Assembly (NCBI GenBank): GCA_019359235.1
Contig: JAHHHT010000012.1
Span: forward strand, 3,648-67,647
Direction of reading: 5' to 3'
Origin: Oscillatoria princeps RMCB-10
Lineage (GTDB): Bacteria > Cyanobacteriota > Cyanobacteriia > Cyanobacteriales > Oscillatoriaceae
DNA: 64,000 nt
The notes beneath the pieces are model-generated. The model saw only the letters and a program-made list of their open reading frames with translations, ran no database searches and was not told the origin of the DNA. Of the stretch, positions 37,852 to 47,883 are shown one piece after another (the stretch's first letter is position 1; the number at the start of each line of letters is the position of its first letter). The position numbers and the translations under genes were made by a program.

Positions 37852-38607
37852 TTGGAAACGAGCACTTTTAGGACTCATCCCATGCACCCTATCCTCCAGC
37901 AAATCTTCAGCAGGTTGCTTTACCACACGCGCCTGATTTTGTCAATCGCCCTGGTCGTTTTGGCCGCGTCGCAGTTCGCGCCACCGGCAGGAGCCACCGG
38001 CGTCTATCAAATGCCCGCCCTGAAAGCCGGCGAGCCCACCTGGACGATCGACTTTGATGACGTGCTCAGCCGCAGTACAGAAAACCAGCTGAACAGCGTC
38101 TCGGAAAAGCTCGCCGAAAAAACAGGCAATCAGGTGAGGTTCGTCACCATCCACCGGCTGGACTACGGCGAAACCATCGACAGCTTCACCAACAAGCTGT
38201 TTGAAACATGGTTCCCCACCCCTGAAGCGCAAGCGAATCAAACCCTGCTGGTTCTGGACACCCTCACCAACAACTCCGCCATCCGCACCGGCGACCGAGT
38301 CAAGAGCCTGATGTCCGATCAGATCGCCCTCAGCATTGCAACGGAAACCCTGCAAGCTCCCCTGCGCCAGGGCAACAAATACAATCAGGCGTTCGCCGAC
38401 GCCAGCGAGCGCCTGCAAGCCGTGCTTTCGGGCCAGCCTGACCCGGGCCCGCCTCAAGTCGCGGACGCCCTGAACGTAGAGAGCACCTTTAAAAGCGCAG
38501 AAGAAACCGACACCGGCAACGCCACGATTGTCGTCGTGGTGCTGTTAATTGCCGCCACCGTCATCCCGATGCTCACCTACTTCTGGTATCAAAATTTTTC
38601 AGGCTAG
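37852..38607 (+). CDS. TPM-domain protein (Psb32/TLP18.3-like; signal peptide + C-terminal TM anchor)
   Basis: N-terminal hydrophobic signal (LILSIALVVLAASQFAPPAGA); TPM-like core DFDDVLSRSTENQLNSVSEKLAEKTGNQVRFVTI; Gly-rich linker and C-terminal TM IVVVVLLIAATVIPMLTYFWY. Start may be the Met at 37882. Confidence 0.65.
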   Translation: METSTFRTHPMHPILQQIFSRLLYHTRLILSIALVVLAASQFAPPAGATGVYQMPALKAGEPTWTIDFDDVLSRSTENQLNSVSEKLAEKTGNQVRFVTIHRLDYGETIDSFTNKLFETWFPTPEAQANQTLLVLDTLTNNSAIRTGDRVKSLMSDQIALSIATETLQAPLRQGNKYNQAFADASERLQAVLSGQPDPGPPQVADALNVESTFKSAEETDTGNATIVVVVLLIAATVIPMLTYFWYQNFSG

Positions 38608-38987
38608 TCCTGCACGTACTCGCAGCCACTCACCAGCCCCATCTCAGCCCGCACAAACTCCCGCCCCAGATAAGCTGCGTGATCCAGCAGCGTCACGGGA
38701 CAGGGCTGAGTTTGCTCAAAAATCTTGACGCAAAGTTCCTTAGCTGTCCTGCCGGCGAACAGCCGCGTGTGGGTGCGCTCCACCTTACCCCGTGCGGGAA
38801 TCACCTTGCCGGTTTGAGGATCTACAGCCAGCCCGCGTTCGTCAATCGCATTGCTGAAATGCTTGGCGCAAATTAACCCCGCCTCCCGATCCAGGTAAAT
38901 GATAAAATAGCCGCCCGGGTCGAGGTCGAGGTGACGCTGGGAAAGCTTTTCATCAATCGCGGTTATATTTTCTAGGGTTTGAGTCAT
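38604..38987 (-). CDS. conserved hypothetical protein (possibly DUF4346-like)
   Basis: 127-aa ORF with LDLDPGGYFIIYLD motif; overlaps the convergent TPM gene by 4 nt; family assignment is tentative. Confidence 0.5.
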   Translation of the reverse strand: MTQTLENITAIDEKLSQRHLDLDPGGYFIIYLDREAGLICAKHFSNAIDERGLAVDPQTGKVIPARGKVERTHTRLFAGRTAKELCVKIFEQTQPCPVTLLDHAAYLGREFVRAEMGLVSGCEYVQD

Positions 38988-39056
38988 CTCTTTGCTTATC
39001 TTATCTCTCCCTCCAGACTAACAGAAAAGGGCCCGACCGGAGGGAGCCACTCCCGC

Positions 39057-39728
39057 TTACAGCCTTTCCATCTCCAGAAAATTCTGTAATTCTCCGGTTC
39101 GCTGCTCAGTCAGGCGCGTCAGGCAAAGATTCTCACCCGCCCGCGCTTGCGTGCTTTCAAACCGGCAGTTTTGATCTCGAAACTTTATCCACGCCAGCTG
39201 TGCTGACTCCAGTTTGGTTTGGCGGGCTCCGGCGAGTTTAGACCGCAGTTGCTTGTAAACTTCATTCAGCCGGCGGTCGGCTTCCTGATAGCTCCTGCCT
39301 TCTGGCTGTGGCAGCTCACCCCGCTTGTAGCTCTCCAAGGAAGCCGCCCGCTTTTCAGTGATATCGGCAAGGCACCCCGCACGAATCGCCGGTGCCATCG
39401 TTCCCCCCTCAACTTGGCTTTTGGCAAATTCGCAATTGCCCTCTCGAAACTCAATCCACGCCCGCTGCGCCAAGGTCAATTTCTCCCGGTTCGCTCCCCG
39501 CAACTTCGATCGCACCTGCTGGTAGACTTCGTTTAGGGTTTTGTCGGCACTCTCATACAGCAAGCCGGCGCAGGCGTTCATTTCCGCTTGGGTTTGGGGA
39601 TCGTTGCAGTTTGGCTCCTGCGCCAAGCGCACTCCCAGTTCAGCCGCAGCGCTGCCGCAGAGCGCGGCTGCCAGCGAGCCGGTCAGCGCTGCCGCCGCCA
39701 GCCGGAAGAAGAGCCGGTTGAATTTCAT
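39057..39728 (-). CDS. secreted protein with two tandem DUF1311 (LprI-like lysozyme-inhibitor) domains
   Basis: Signal peptide; duplicated LNEVY(Q/K)Q(V/L)RSKL...AQ(R/L)AWI(E/K)FR(E/D)(G/Q)NC(E/R)F modules, each with conserved Cys pairs. Confidence 0.7.
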   Translation of the reverse strand: MKFNRLFFRLAAAALTGSLAAALCGSAAAELGVRLAQEPNCNDPQTQAEMNACAGLLYESADKTLNEVYQQVRSKLRGANREKLTLAQRAWIEFREGNCEFAKSQVEGGTMAPAIRAGCLADITEKRAASLESYKRGELPQPEGRSYQEADRRLNEVYKQLRSKLAGARQTKLESAQLAWIKFRDQNCRFESTQARAGENLCLTRLTEQRTGELQNFLEMERL

Positions 39729-39759
39729 ATTCTAGCCCATCGCTCAGGGGGTTTCTCTT

Positions 39760-39876
39760 AAATTATATAGCGCCTCTAAATCATTCGTGTAAATTTCAGA
39801 ACCCCGGTTTCTTTAAGAAACCGGGGTTCTGGGCCAAGAGCGGTTGCGCCCATCATTTAGAAGTGCTATATCACTG
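39760..39876. mobile_element. ~115-bp MITE-like repeat (TTATATAGCGCC...hairpin GAACCCCGGTTTCTTTAAGAAACCGGGGTTC...GCTATAT)
   Basis: About 90% identical copy at 46718-46835; contains the terminator-type hairpin core. Confidence 0.6.
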
Positions 39877-40006
39877 AGAAATATTTCTTTACAACCCGCC
39901 CCTCCCGGTCTGGGGCTAAAAACCAGGTTTCTTAAAGTTAAAGTAGGGTGCGTTCCTTTGGGGAACGCACCCTACTGGGGTACCGGCTAGCGGTCAAAGC
40001 AATTTG

Positions 40007-40831
40007 TCAGACCACACTGCGAATAAGTCCGCCATCCACCCTCAGACAGGCACCATTAATCGCTGAAGCCAGCGGACTGCACACAAATGCCACCAAGTCC
40101 GCCACCTCTTCCGGGCGAATCAGGCGTGCGATCAGTGAAGTCGGGCGATTTTCCGCCATGAAGCGTTTCTCCGCCGTTTCATAATCCACATCCGGGAAAA
40201 CCTCTTGGATGAATTTCTCAACACCGGCAGTCTTAGTAGAACCGGGAAGAACGGCATTTACTGTTACATTTGTCCCTTTTGTCAGTTGAGCCAAACTGCG
40301 AGAAATGGAAAGCTCCATGAGCTTTGTCGCGCTGTAGTGCGCCATCTCCGGAGCCGGATTAACAGCAGATTCGCTAGATACAAACACAATTCGCCCACTG
40401 TTTTGCGCCAGCATTCTTTTTAGATAGTGCCGGCTCAACCGCACCCCGCTGAGAATATTCACTTCAAAAAGGTGTTGCCACTGTTCGTCTGCAGTCTCGA
40501 AAAAGTCAGTGGCTTCATAAATTCCCAAATTGTTGACCAAAATGTCAACGTCAGGATACTCTGTAATAGTCTTTTGGCAACCCTCTGCCGTGCCGTTGTC
40601 TGCGACCGAGAGCAAAAGTTTTGCGTCCGGGCAGTCAGAATAGATGCTGTCACAAGCATGGTTTACTGTCTGTGACCTCCGGCCACTGATAATCACCGTA
40701 GCCCCTTCGCGGGCTAACCTGCGAGCAATTTCCAAGCCGATCCCGCCCGAAGAACCAGTTACAAGTGCAGTTTTATTTGTGAGTTTTAGATCCATATCGC
40801 TTTTTACCTTTTGCCGTTTTTCCCTGACCAT
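40007..40831 (-). CDS. SDR-family short-chain dehydrogenase/reductase
   Basis: [26 protein letters not shown] (TGxxxGxG), NNLG, YSATK catalytic motif; probable start at the MDLKL Met (40795). Confidence 0.85.
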   Translation of the reverse strand: MVREKRQKVKSDMDLKLTNKTALVTGSSGGIGLEIARRLAREGATVIISGRRSQTVNHACDSIYSDCPDAKLLLSVADNGTAEGCQKTITEYPDVDILVNNLGIYEATDFFETADEQWQHLFEVNILSGVRLSRHYLKRMLAQNSGRIVFVSSESAVNPAPEMAHYSATKLMELSISRSLAQLTKGTNVTVNAVLPGSTKTAGVEKFIQEVFPDVDYETAEKRFMAENRPTSLIARLIRPEEVADLVAFVCSPLASAINGACLRVDGGLIRSVV

Positions 40832-41053
40832 TTCTTAAACAGCTCGCAGCAGTTTAACGGCTGTCCGGTCGCCCCCTTATTGTAGAGTGCTGACCGGCAT
40901 TTTGCAAGTAGGGGCGTCCTGAGAACATCTTCTGCCCCCACAGATATTTCGGGTGAGCCGGCCCCCACTCTCGAATAGCGGGGCAACCGGCGGGCGCAGC
41001 CGCAGGCGGACATCATTAAAATAACATAACACAGCCGGCCTCAAAAGCGATTA

Positions 41054-41084
41054 GAAACCAGGTTTCTTCAAGAAACCTGGTTTC
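41054..41084 (-). terminator. hairpin GAAACCAGGTTTCTTCAAGAAACCTGGTTTC directly downstream of the lysC stop (putative intrinsic terminator)
   Basis: 13-bp perfect stem 25 bp after the lysC stop, followed on the minus strand by a T-containing tract. Confidence 0.5.
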
Positions 41085-41109
41085 TTTATGTTAGCGGTGT
41101 GTCTCTCAA

Positions 41110-42969
41110 TTAAACCGGCACCTCAATTTTTTTGCTGCCAGACAAACCGAAGGCGGCGTGGACAGCTTGCAAAGCGCGCACTCCGCTTTCCTCGCCCACC
41201 ACACAGCTGACCTTAATTTCCGAGGAGGCGATCATTTGAATGTTGATTTTCTCCTTAGCCAGAGCGTCAAACATGCGGGCGGCGACGCCGGGGCGGTGAA
41301 TCATGCCGGCACCCACCACGCTGACTTTGGCGACTGCGGTGTCAACCACCAGCTCAGAGCACCCCAGCTCCCGGGCTAAAGGTTCCAGCACTTTCCGGGC
41401 GTCCTCGGCGTCAGGTCGCGCCACGGTGAAAGCAATATCCCGCGTCGCCACGCCATTAATGATGCGACAGCGCTGGGACTGGATAATCGTATCGACGCTG
41501 ATATTGTTTTTGGCCAGCAGTCCGAACAGTTTGGCCGCCATCCCGGGACGGTCGGGAATGTGGCGAATCGCCAGACGGGCTTGGTTTTTGTCCAGCGCCA
41601 CCCCCCGGACGGGCGGGGGGAGAGAGTCGGCGGGGGACAGGGGGAGACCGGCAGCGTTCACCTGCACCGGCGAACTGCTCAGATCAAAGGTTTCGCAGAG
41701 GGCGGCAATGGCGCGATCGCAATCTTCGGCGTCAATGGCGCAGCTGACTTTCACCTCAGAGGTGGAAATCATTTGGATGTTGACACCGGCCTCTGCCAAG
41801 CTTTGGAACATCTGCGCCGCCACCCCCGGACGCCCAATCATGCCGGCACCGGCAATGCTGATTTTGGCGATTTCTCGCTCCACCATCACCTCCGCTTCTT
41901 CCGGTGCGGCGTCGAAGTGACTGCGCAGTGCCGGCGCAATCGCAGATGCCACAGCTTCCGCTTGATTGAGCGAGTTTTTGGTAACAGTAAAGGCAATGTC
42001 GTTGGTATTGCCCTCGTGAATTGACTGGATAATCAAGTCCACATCCAGGTTTTGACGCCCGATTTCCCCGAACAGGCGGGCGGCGACTCCCGGTCGATCC
42101 GGCACTCGCAGTAAGGACACCTTGGCTTGATCCGTGTCGAACTCCACCGCATCTACCGGGTGAACAATTTCCAAACCCTGCAGGGGGCGGGGCACCCGTG
42201 CCGGCGAGATCACCTTCGTACCCGGATCGTCTGTCCAGCTGGAGCGCACCACCAAGGGCACGCCGTAATTGCGGGCAATTTCCACGGCGCGGGGGTGCAG
42301 CACCTTCGCGCCCAAGCTCGCCAATTCCAGCATTTCGTCGCAGGTAATCTCCGACATCAGCTCGGCCTCGGGCACCAGGCGCGGGTCTGCTGTTAAAATG
42401 CCCGGAACGTCGGTGTAAATTTCGCACAAGTCAGCCCGCAACGCGGCGGCGAGCGCTACTGCAGAGGTGTCTGAACCGCCGCGCCCCAGGGTGGTGATTT
42501 CTAAGTCCTCGCTTGCGGTGATGCCTTGGAAACCCGCCACCACTACGACTTTCCCCTCGCGCAACTGGCGCTCCATGCGCTCGGTTTCGATGCCCAAAAT
42601 GCGAGCCCGGGTGTGTTCGGCTTCCGTGACGATGCCGACTTGAGCGCCGGTCAGGGAAATGGCCGGCTGGCCCAGTTCCTGCAGCGCCATGCTGACCAGG
42701 GCGATGGAAACTTGCTCGCCGGTGGACAGCAGCATGTCCATTTCCCGCCGCGAGGGGTTGGGGGTAATATCCTTTGCCAGTTTGACCAGCCCGTCGGTGG
42801 TTTTCCCCATCGCGGAAACGACCACCACTAGGGAATTGCCGGCTTTAACGGTTTGAAGAACGCGCTGGGCCACTGCTTGAATGCGTTCGACTGACCCAAC
42901 CGAGGTGCCACCGTATTTTTGGACTATCAGCGCCATGATTTTTATCTCTCTGAACTTCCTGCTTTCCAC
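41110..42969 (-). CDS. lysC: aspartate kinase, cyanobacterial long form with duplicated ACT-domain pairs
   Basis: MALIVQKYGGTSVGSVERI...VVVVSAMGKTTD kinase core; two repeated regulatory halves (LDVDLIIQS...; SVDTIIQS...). Probable start at the MALIV Met (42936). Confidence 0.9.
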   Translation of the reverse strand: MESRKFREIKIMALIVQKYGGTSVGSVERIQAVAQRVLQTVKAGNSLVVVVSAMGKTTDGLVKLAKDITPNPSRREMDMLLSTGEQVSIALVSMALQELGQPAISLTGAQVGIVTEAEHTRARILGIETERMERQLREGKVVVVAGFQGITASEDLEITTLGRGGSDTSAVALAAALRADLCEIYTDVPGILTADPRLVPEAELMSEITCDEMLELASLGAKVLHPRAVEIARNYGVPLVVRSSWTDDPGTKVISPARVPRPLQGLEIVHPVDAVEFDTDQAKVSLLRVPDRPGVAARLFGEIGRQNLDVDLIIQSIHEGNTNDIAFTVTKNSLNQAEAVASAIAPALRSHFDAAPEEAEVMVEREIAKISIAGAGMIGRPGVAAQMFQSLAEAGVNIQMISTSEVKVSCAIDAEDCDRAIAALCETFDLSSSPVQVNAAGLPLSPADSLPPPVRGVALDKNQARLAIRHIPDRPGMAAKLFGLLAKNNISVDTIIQSQRCRIINGVATRDIAFTVARPDAEDARKVLEPLARELGCSELVVDTAVAKVSVVGAGMIHRPGVAARMFDALAKEKINIQMIASSEIKVSCVVGEESGVRALQAVHAAFGLSGSKKIEVPV

Positions 42970-43151
42970 CTGGCCGGTTGAAGCGTGAAACCTGTCAGGT
43001 ACGCCAAAATGTATTTAAACATTAACTTCTTCAAATTAACAGACTTAATTTTCGCAAAACAGCCGAAATATATAATTTAATAACAATCTTTTCACAGCCC
43101 TGGCCCTGCGGATTGACGCCCCGCAGGACCGGCATCTTGCCTGTCCTTGAG

Positions 43152-43320
43152 GATATAGCAGCAGTCATATTGGTTAGGACATCAGTGACCTAGGGAAAAA
43201 GGCGTAGGACAGGCGTTCCCTCCGATAGCGAAGCGGGACGCGACAGCGTCCTTCCCAGAGACCTTGAGGGCAGGCGAGACGCCTGCCCTACGCCTATACC
43301 TCGCAGGACAGGCGCTCCCA
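43152..43320. mobile_element. MITE family member (GATATAGCAGCAG left TIR; right end degenerate)
   Basis: Shares TIR and internal cgtaggacaggcgttccctccg / gggacgcgacagcgtcct blocks with 2031-2232. Confidence 0.5.
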
Positions 43321-43449
43321 CCGGCACTCCCTGACAATCCGATTGAATAGATTATGATTAGCGGGCGGCGAGTTAAGTGGGCTTGATTGCCGCCTGTAAC
43401 TCTTAACCGCTCACGAAGCGCCGAATAGAAAAACCAATCAAACGGAACT

Positions 43450-46245
43450 TTACTGCCGGGAGCCAATCCCCTCGCACAACAGCCGGTCGCTTTCTGGGAC
43501 ATTGGGGTTGTTCTGCAGGTAGTTGCGCAGCCAATTGCAGGGGCGATCGAGCAGCTTGTCGGAATTCATTTGAGCCATGCGGCGCATTTCATAGAGAGAT
43601 TCCAGGTTCCAGAGGATCGCGGTGCTGTCAGCGGAACCCGATGCTAGGGTTTGGCCATCAGGCGACCAAGCGACCGCCCTCACCCAGTCGCCGTGCTGTT
43701 CCAGCGCTGCCAGCAACTGGCCATCCAAATCCCAGAATTTCACAGAATCGTCTTCAGCCACCGTGGCAATCATCTGGCCATCTCGACTGAAGCTCACCTG
43801 CCAAACCCCACCGGTAAACCCTTTTATCGCTGTCAGTTCTGTACCGTCCAGGTTCCAGAGTTTGACGATTTTGTCAGCACCGGCAGAGGCAATCGTCTTG
43901 CCATCCGGACTGAAACTGACACTATTCACCCGATTCGTGTGCCCGACAAAAGTCTTCACCGGCGTGCCGTCTTTGCGCCAGAGCTTCACCGTGCTGTCAC
44001 CGCCGGCAGTCGCAATCAGCTCTCCATTCGGCGAAAAACTGACATCATTAACCTCCGCGTCCTTGTGCGCCTCAACAGTGATTATCTCCGGGCTATTCAC
44101 ACCCCAAAGTTTCACAGTGCCGTCAGCGCTAGCCGAGGCGAGCGTTTCCCCATCGGGCGAGAAACTGACGCTCTTCACCGCAGAAAAATGGCCTTGCAGG
44201 GTTTCCGGCGTATCCCGCTGCAGGTCCCACAGCAGCACCTTGCCGTCATAACCGGCAGTGGCAACCCTGTTCCCGTCGGGTGAGAAACTCACATCTGTGA
44301 CCGGGGTGTCACTCTTGAGCGTTCGCCGCAGCGTGCCGTCGGCAACCCGCCAAACCAGCGCCACACTGTCCGCGCCGCCGGTGGCGAGAAATTTCCCATC
44401 CGGGCTGAAACTGACGCTTTTGACGCTGGCAGTGTGCCCTTGCAGGATGTCGCGCACCGCGCCTTTCAAGCTGCGAAGGCGAATAATTTTATCAGCACCG
44501 GCACTGGCGATTTCTGGCTGCTTGGCGTCGGGCGAGAAACGGACGCTCTTCACACTGCCTTTGTGCTCCAGAAAAGTTTGCAGCAACTTGCCGTCAGCGC
44601 TCCAGAGTTTGACCGTTTTGTCATCGCTGGCGGTGGCAATCGTCTTGCCGTCGGGGGAGAAACTGACGCTATTCACCCAACTGGTGTGGGAAGCGAGGAT
44701 TAGCAGGAGAGTGCCGTCAGTATCCCACAATTTCACCGTACCGTCACGGCTGGCTGAGGCAATTGTTTTGCTATCCGGGGAAAAGCTGACATCGAGCACT
44801 CTGCCGTCATGCGCCTGCAGCAGTTTTTCCAGCTTACCTCTCAAGTTCCAGAATCTGACAGTTCTGTCGGAGCCGCCGGTAACAATTCTGCGCCCATCGG
44901 GGCTGAAACTGAGGGCGGTAACAGCACCGACATGCGCTTCTATATTTGCCACCGGCGTGCCGTCGGAAGTCCACAGGATCAGCTGCCCGTCTGCGGTGCC
45001 GGCGGCTATCAGCTGCCCGTCAGGACTGAACGCCACGTTTAAAACATCCGCTTCCCGCTGGAGGATTTTGATTTCAGTTCCGTCTGGGTTCCAGAGTTTC
45101 ACCGTTCTGTCGGCGCAGACGGTGGCTAAAGTCTGCCCGTCGGGCGACCAGGCGACATAGCGGACTCTGTCCCGATGCGGTAAAGTGGCTTCCAGTGTGC
45201 CGTCTGCGCGCCAGATTTTTGCCGTGCTGTCCTCACTGGCGGAGGCAATCAGCTGGCCATCGGGGGAGAAGCTCAGCCCAGTGACAGTATCGGTGTGCCC
45301 TTCCAGCCGGTTGCGCTCGCTGGTTGTGTTCATGGCCACCACCAGGCTTTGCAAAGTCCGGTCGCGAACGGCTGGGGAGATGCCGGTTTGCACTTTCAGC
45401 TGTTGGGCGGCTTTCACCGCCCACAGCAGCGCCTCAAGCCCGTCGTTAGCTTGCAGCCGCTCTTGAGACAGGGCGCTCAAGGCGCTGATGTAGTTTTCTC
45501 CAGTTCGGGAGCGCTGCTGTTCCGTATCGGGGGGCTGCCGTTCCCTGTCCTGCCGGCTAGCGAGGGAGGCTTGGTACTGGCTGAAAGCCAGTCCCGCCAG
45601 CACAGCGGTGAGCAAGCAGCCCCCAGCGAGAGCGGCGAGCCCTGCGCCCAGGAACTTGATTTTGGCTCGGGCGCTGGCGGTGATGTACTGAATTTGCAGT
45701 GGTGTGGGAGATGGCTCTTTGGCTTCGCTCTGGATCAGCCATTCCTCAGCTTCTTTTAAATCCTTGCCGTTTAATAAAAAGTTGGGGTCGCGCTTTTCGC
45801 TGTCCCACTCCAGGGCCCGCACCAGCAAGCGCGTGTGGGCCCGCACATAGTTTTGGTCGGCATCGACAGCGCTGAGCAAGGTAGAAAAGGCGCTGTGGAA
45901 ATCCCCATTTTCTGGAAAGGGAATCGGGTTGACAGCGAGAAGGGCGGGATGCACCTTTGAAGGGGGAGTCTGCCGGTACATCACCGGGATCAGCCGTTTG
46001 TGGCAGTTGAGCGCGTGGGCAATCTCCTCCTGACAGGCTTCGCAGAACGCGGAATCGGGAGAGATGATGAAGATGAAATTGTTTGCCGCTTCGATACCGG
46101 CAAGCATGTCTTTGCGCCACTCCGGCGTCAGCGGAGTGTTCTGCCAGTAGGCGTTGACCTCGCGGCTGTTTTGCAGGAACGCTTCGTAGAGTTTTTTGAC
46201 GAACTCCAAATCCTCGTGCGAGTGGGAAATATAAACCTCTGCCAT
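43450..46245 (-). CDS. TIR-domain / single-TM / WD40-repeat (~14 blades) protein
   Basis: N-terminus VYISHSHEDLEFVKKLYEAFLQ...FIFIISPDSAFCEACQEEIAHAL (TIR fold); hydrophobic AGLAALAGGCLLTAVLAGLAF; then 14 GH...WD-type repeats (GHTDTVTGLSFSPDGQLIASASEDSTAKIW...). Confidence 0.85.
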   Translation of the reverse strand: MAEVYISHSHEDLEFVKKLYEAFLQNSREVNAYWQNTPLTPEWRKDMLAGIEAANNFIFIISPDSAFCEACQEEIAHALNCHKRLIPVMYRQTPPSKVHPALLAVNPIPFPENGDFHSAFSTLLSAVDADQNYVRAHTRLLVRALEWDSEKRDPNFLLNGKDLKEAEEWLIQSEAKEPSPTPLQIQYITASARAKIKFLGAGLAALAGGCLLTAVLAGLAFSQYQASLASRQDRERQPPDTEQQRSRTGENYISALSALSQERLQANDGLEALLWAVKAAQQLKVQTGISPAVRDRTLQSLVVAMNTTSERNRLEGHTDTVTGLSFSPDGQLIASASEDSTAKIWRADGTLEATLPHRDRVRYVAWSPDGQTLATVCADRTVKLWNPDGTEIKILQREADVLNVAFSPDGQLIAAGTADGQLILWTSDGTPVANIEAHVGAVTALSFSPDGRRIVTGGSDRTVRFWNLRGKLEKLLQAHDGRVLDVSFSPDSKTIASASRDGTVKLWDTDGTLLLILASHTSWVNSVSFSPDGKTIATASDDKTVKLWSADGKLLQTFLEHKGSVKSVRFSPDAKQPEIASAGADKIIRLRSLKGAVRDILQGHTASVKSVSFSPDGKFLATGGADSVALVWRVADGTLRRTLKSDTPVTDVSFSPDGNRVATAGYDGKVLLWDLQRDTPETLQGHFSAVKSVSFSPDGETLASASADGTVKLWGVNSPEIITVEAHKDAEVNDVSFSPNGELIATAGGDSTVKLWRKDGTPVKTFVGHTNRVNSVSFSPDGKTIASAGADKIVKLWNLDGTELTAIKGFTGGVWQVSFSRDGQMIATVAEDDSVKFWDLDGQLLAALEQHGDWVRAVAWSPDGQTLASGSADSTAILWNLESLYEMRRMAQMNSDKLLDRPCNWLRNYLQNNPNVPESDRLLCEGIGSRQ

Positions 46246-46450
46246 GCCTCTCTCTGGGACAGTCTAACGTGTGCCTTCGACCTCACCCCAACTTGACCCC
46301 TCTGCAAGCTGCCGCTCATTAGGCTGGAACCGGCTGTCACCAAACCGGCTGCCGGTGGCGGTGTCCGTCTCGGACACGAAACGCGATGCCTGATAAGTAT
46401 ACCTTAAGAGGTACATTTGTGCGGAAAATTCAGGAGTGAGCCGGTGAGCG

Positions 46451-46524
46451 GTTTGTAGTTGGGCTAAAGCCCAAAAGTTCGCAGTTGGGCTAAAGCCCAA
46501 AAGTTCGCAGTTGGGCTAAAGCCC
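46451..46524. repeat. 3 tandem copies of the GGGCTAAAGCCC-containing 27-bp unit (inverted relative to 18196-18316)
   Basis: gtttgtagttgggctaaagcccaaaagttcgcagttgggctaaagcccaaaagttcgcagttgggctaaagcccc. Confidence 0.85.
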
Positions 46525-47585
46525 CATACCGCCGGCACGAGCCGGCAACCCCACACCCCCTAGTCCCCAAACCCCCTACCCCTTACTCCCCGATCTCGCT
46601 CACGGGGCTGATGAGACCGGCTGCAGGAACTGGATGCGACGAACTCAGCTGAGCGTACAGGCTGTCAGGGAAGCGGCAAACTTGATAGAAATTTCCCTAA
46701 AGTTGCCACAGTCTGAAACATTATATAGCGCCTCCTATACCTTCGTGTAAATTTCAGAACCCCGGTTTCTTAAAGAAACCGGGGTTCTGGGCCCCAGCGG
46801 TTGCGGAAATCATTTCTAACTGCTATAATAGAATTTGCTGTCGTAGGGAACGCCATCTAAAGTTCAATCTACACGCAACACTTTTGGCTAGTATCCTGGC
46901 GATTGGAAAGATGCTGTTGGCGAATTAACGGGGGGTTAGACCTACAGCTAGTTCGTCGGCGATTAGCCAAGTTACTGGCGATTGGAAAGAGACTGTTGGC
47001 GAATTGATGTGGGGGCTTACACCCTACGCCTTCTTTTGGGGGCAGGTTGTTCGGTTGTAGCTAGCGCTAGGGGAAGGGCGAAGCATGAGCGGATGTAATC
47101 TTTTCACCGATTGCAAATATCCTCGCGCTCATGCTTCGCCCCTACATCGGATCTTGTGTAGGGGCGAAGCATTGGCGGCGCGGATCTTTACGACTGCGCC
47201 CGAAATAACGCGCTTCGCCAATGCTTCGCCCTCTTTACTTACGAGCGAGAAGGTCTAACCCCTCACGGAGAGCGCCAACAGCATCTTGAAAATCGCGGCT
47301 ATACAGACGAAGCCCGCCTACCCAACGGGCACGGGCTTCGCCCAACGCGGGCTAAGAGTGGAGCGAGACTCTCACAATTTGCGGGGTTTCTCCTCGTTTG
47401 GTGCTCACCGGCTCACACTATTGTGATTTCACTTTTTCTTTATAAATCACCTGCCCACCGGCTCTCTCTTTCGGTAGAATTTATTGGCGGGCTCTGGCAA
47501 ATGTAGCCTGAGATACAGCCCGTTCAATCAATATGAGCTATAATCATAGAAGCCGGCGCAAACAGGCGTTGCAGATGTGTGGGAT

Positions 47586-47822
47586 GAACCCCACCCCCCA
47601 ACCCCCTCCCCGTGTACAAGGAGGGGGAGTAAGGCGGGGTTTTGGTACAGTGGAAAAAGTCTCATCGTCCTTGTACTGTGCGACGCCCGCAAACAGACCA
47701 TCACCGGCTCGTTGATAAAACTTTGTTCGCCCCTAACCTCTCGCACCAGATTTCAAGAACCCCAGCCCGCATCTTCCCCCTCCCCGCTAGCGGGGAGGGG
47801 GCTAGGGGGTGGGGTTCCCCGC
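47586..47822. repeat. two copies of the GC-rich palindromic element (GAACCCCACCCCCCAACCCCCTCCCCG-loop-GGAGGGGGAG; second copy carries both arms including GGGGGTGGGGTTC)
   Basis: 47586-47640 and 47757-47822, just upstream of the NDH-2 gene; spurious small ORFs in the track overlap them. Confidence 0.6.
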
Positions 47823-47883
47823 TGGTCTAAGATGTTAATTAAATAACAGCCCCTGACAAGATAAAACAACGGAAATCTCTCTT

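Noticed and set aside
46590-46650. CTGATGAG motif suggestive of a hammerhead ribozyme
   Set aside because: The obligatory GAAA of the catalytic core and compatible stems are not present (only CGAAC).
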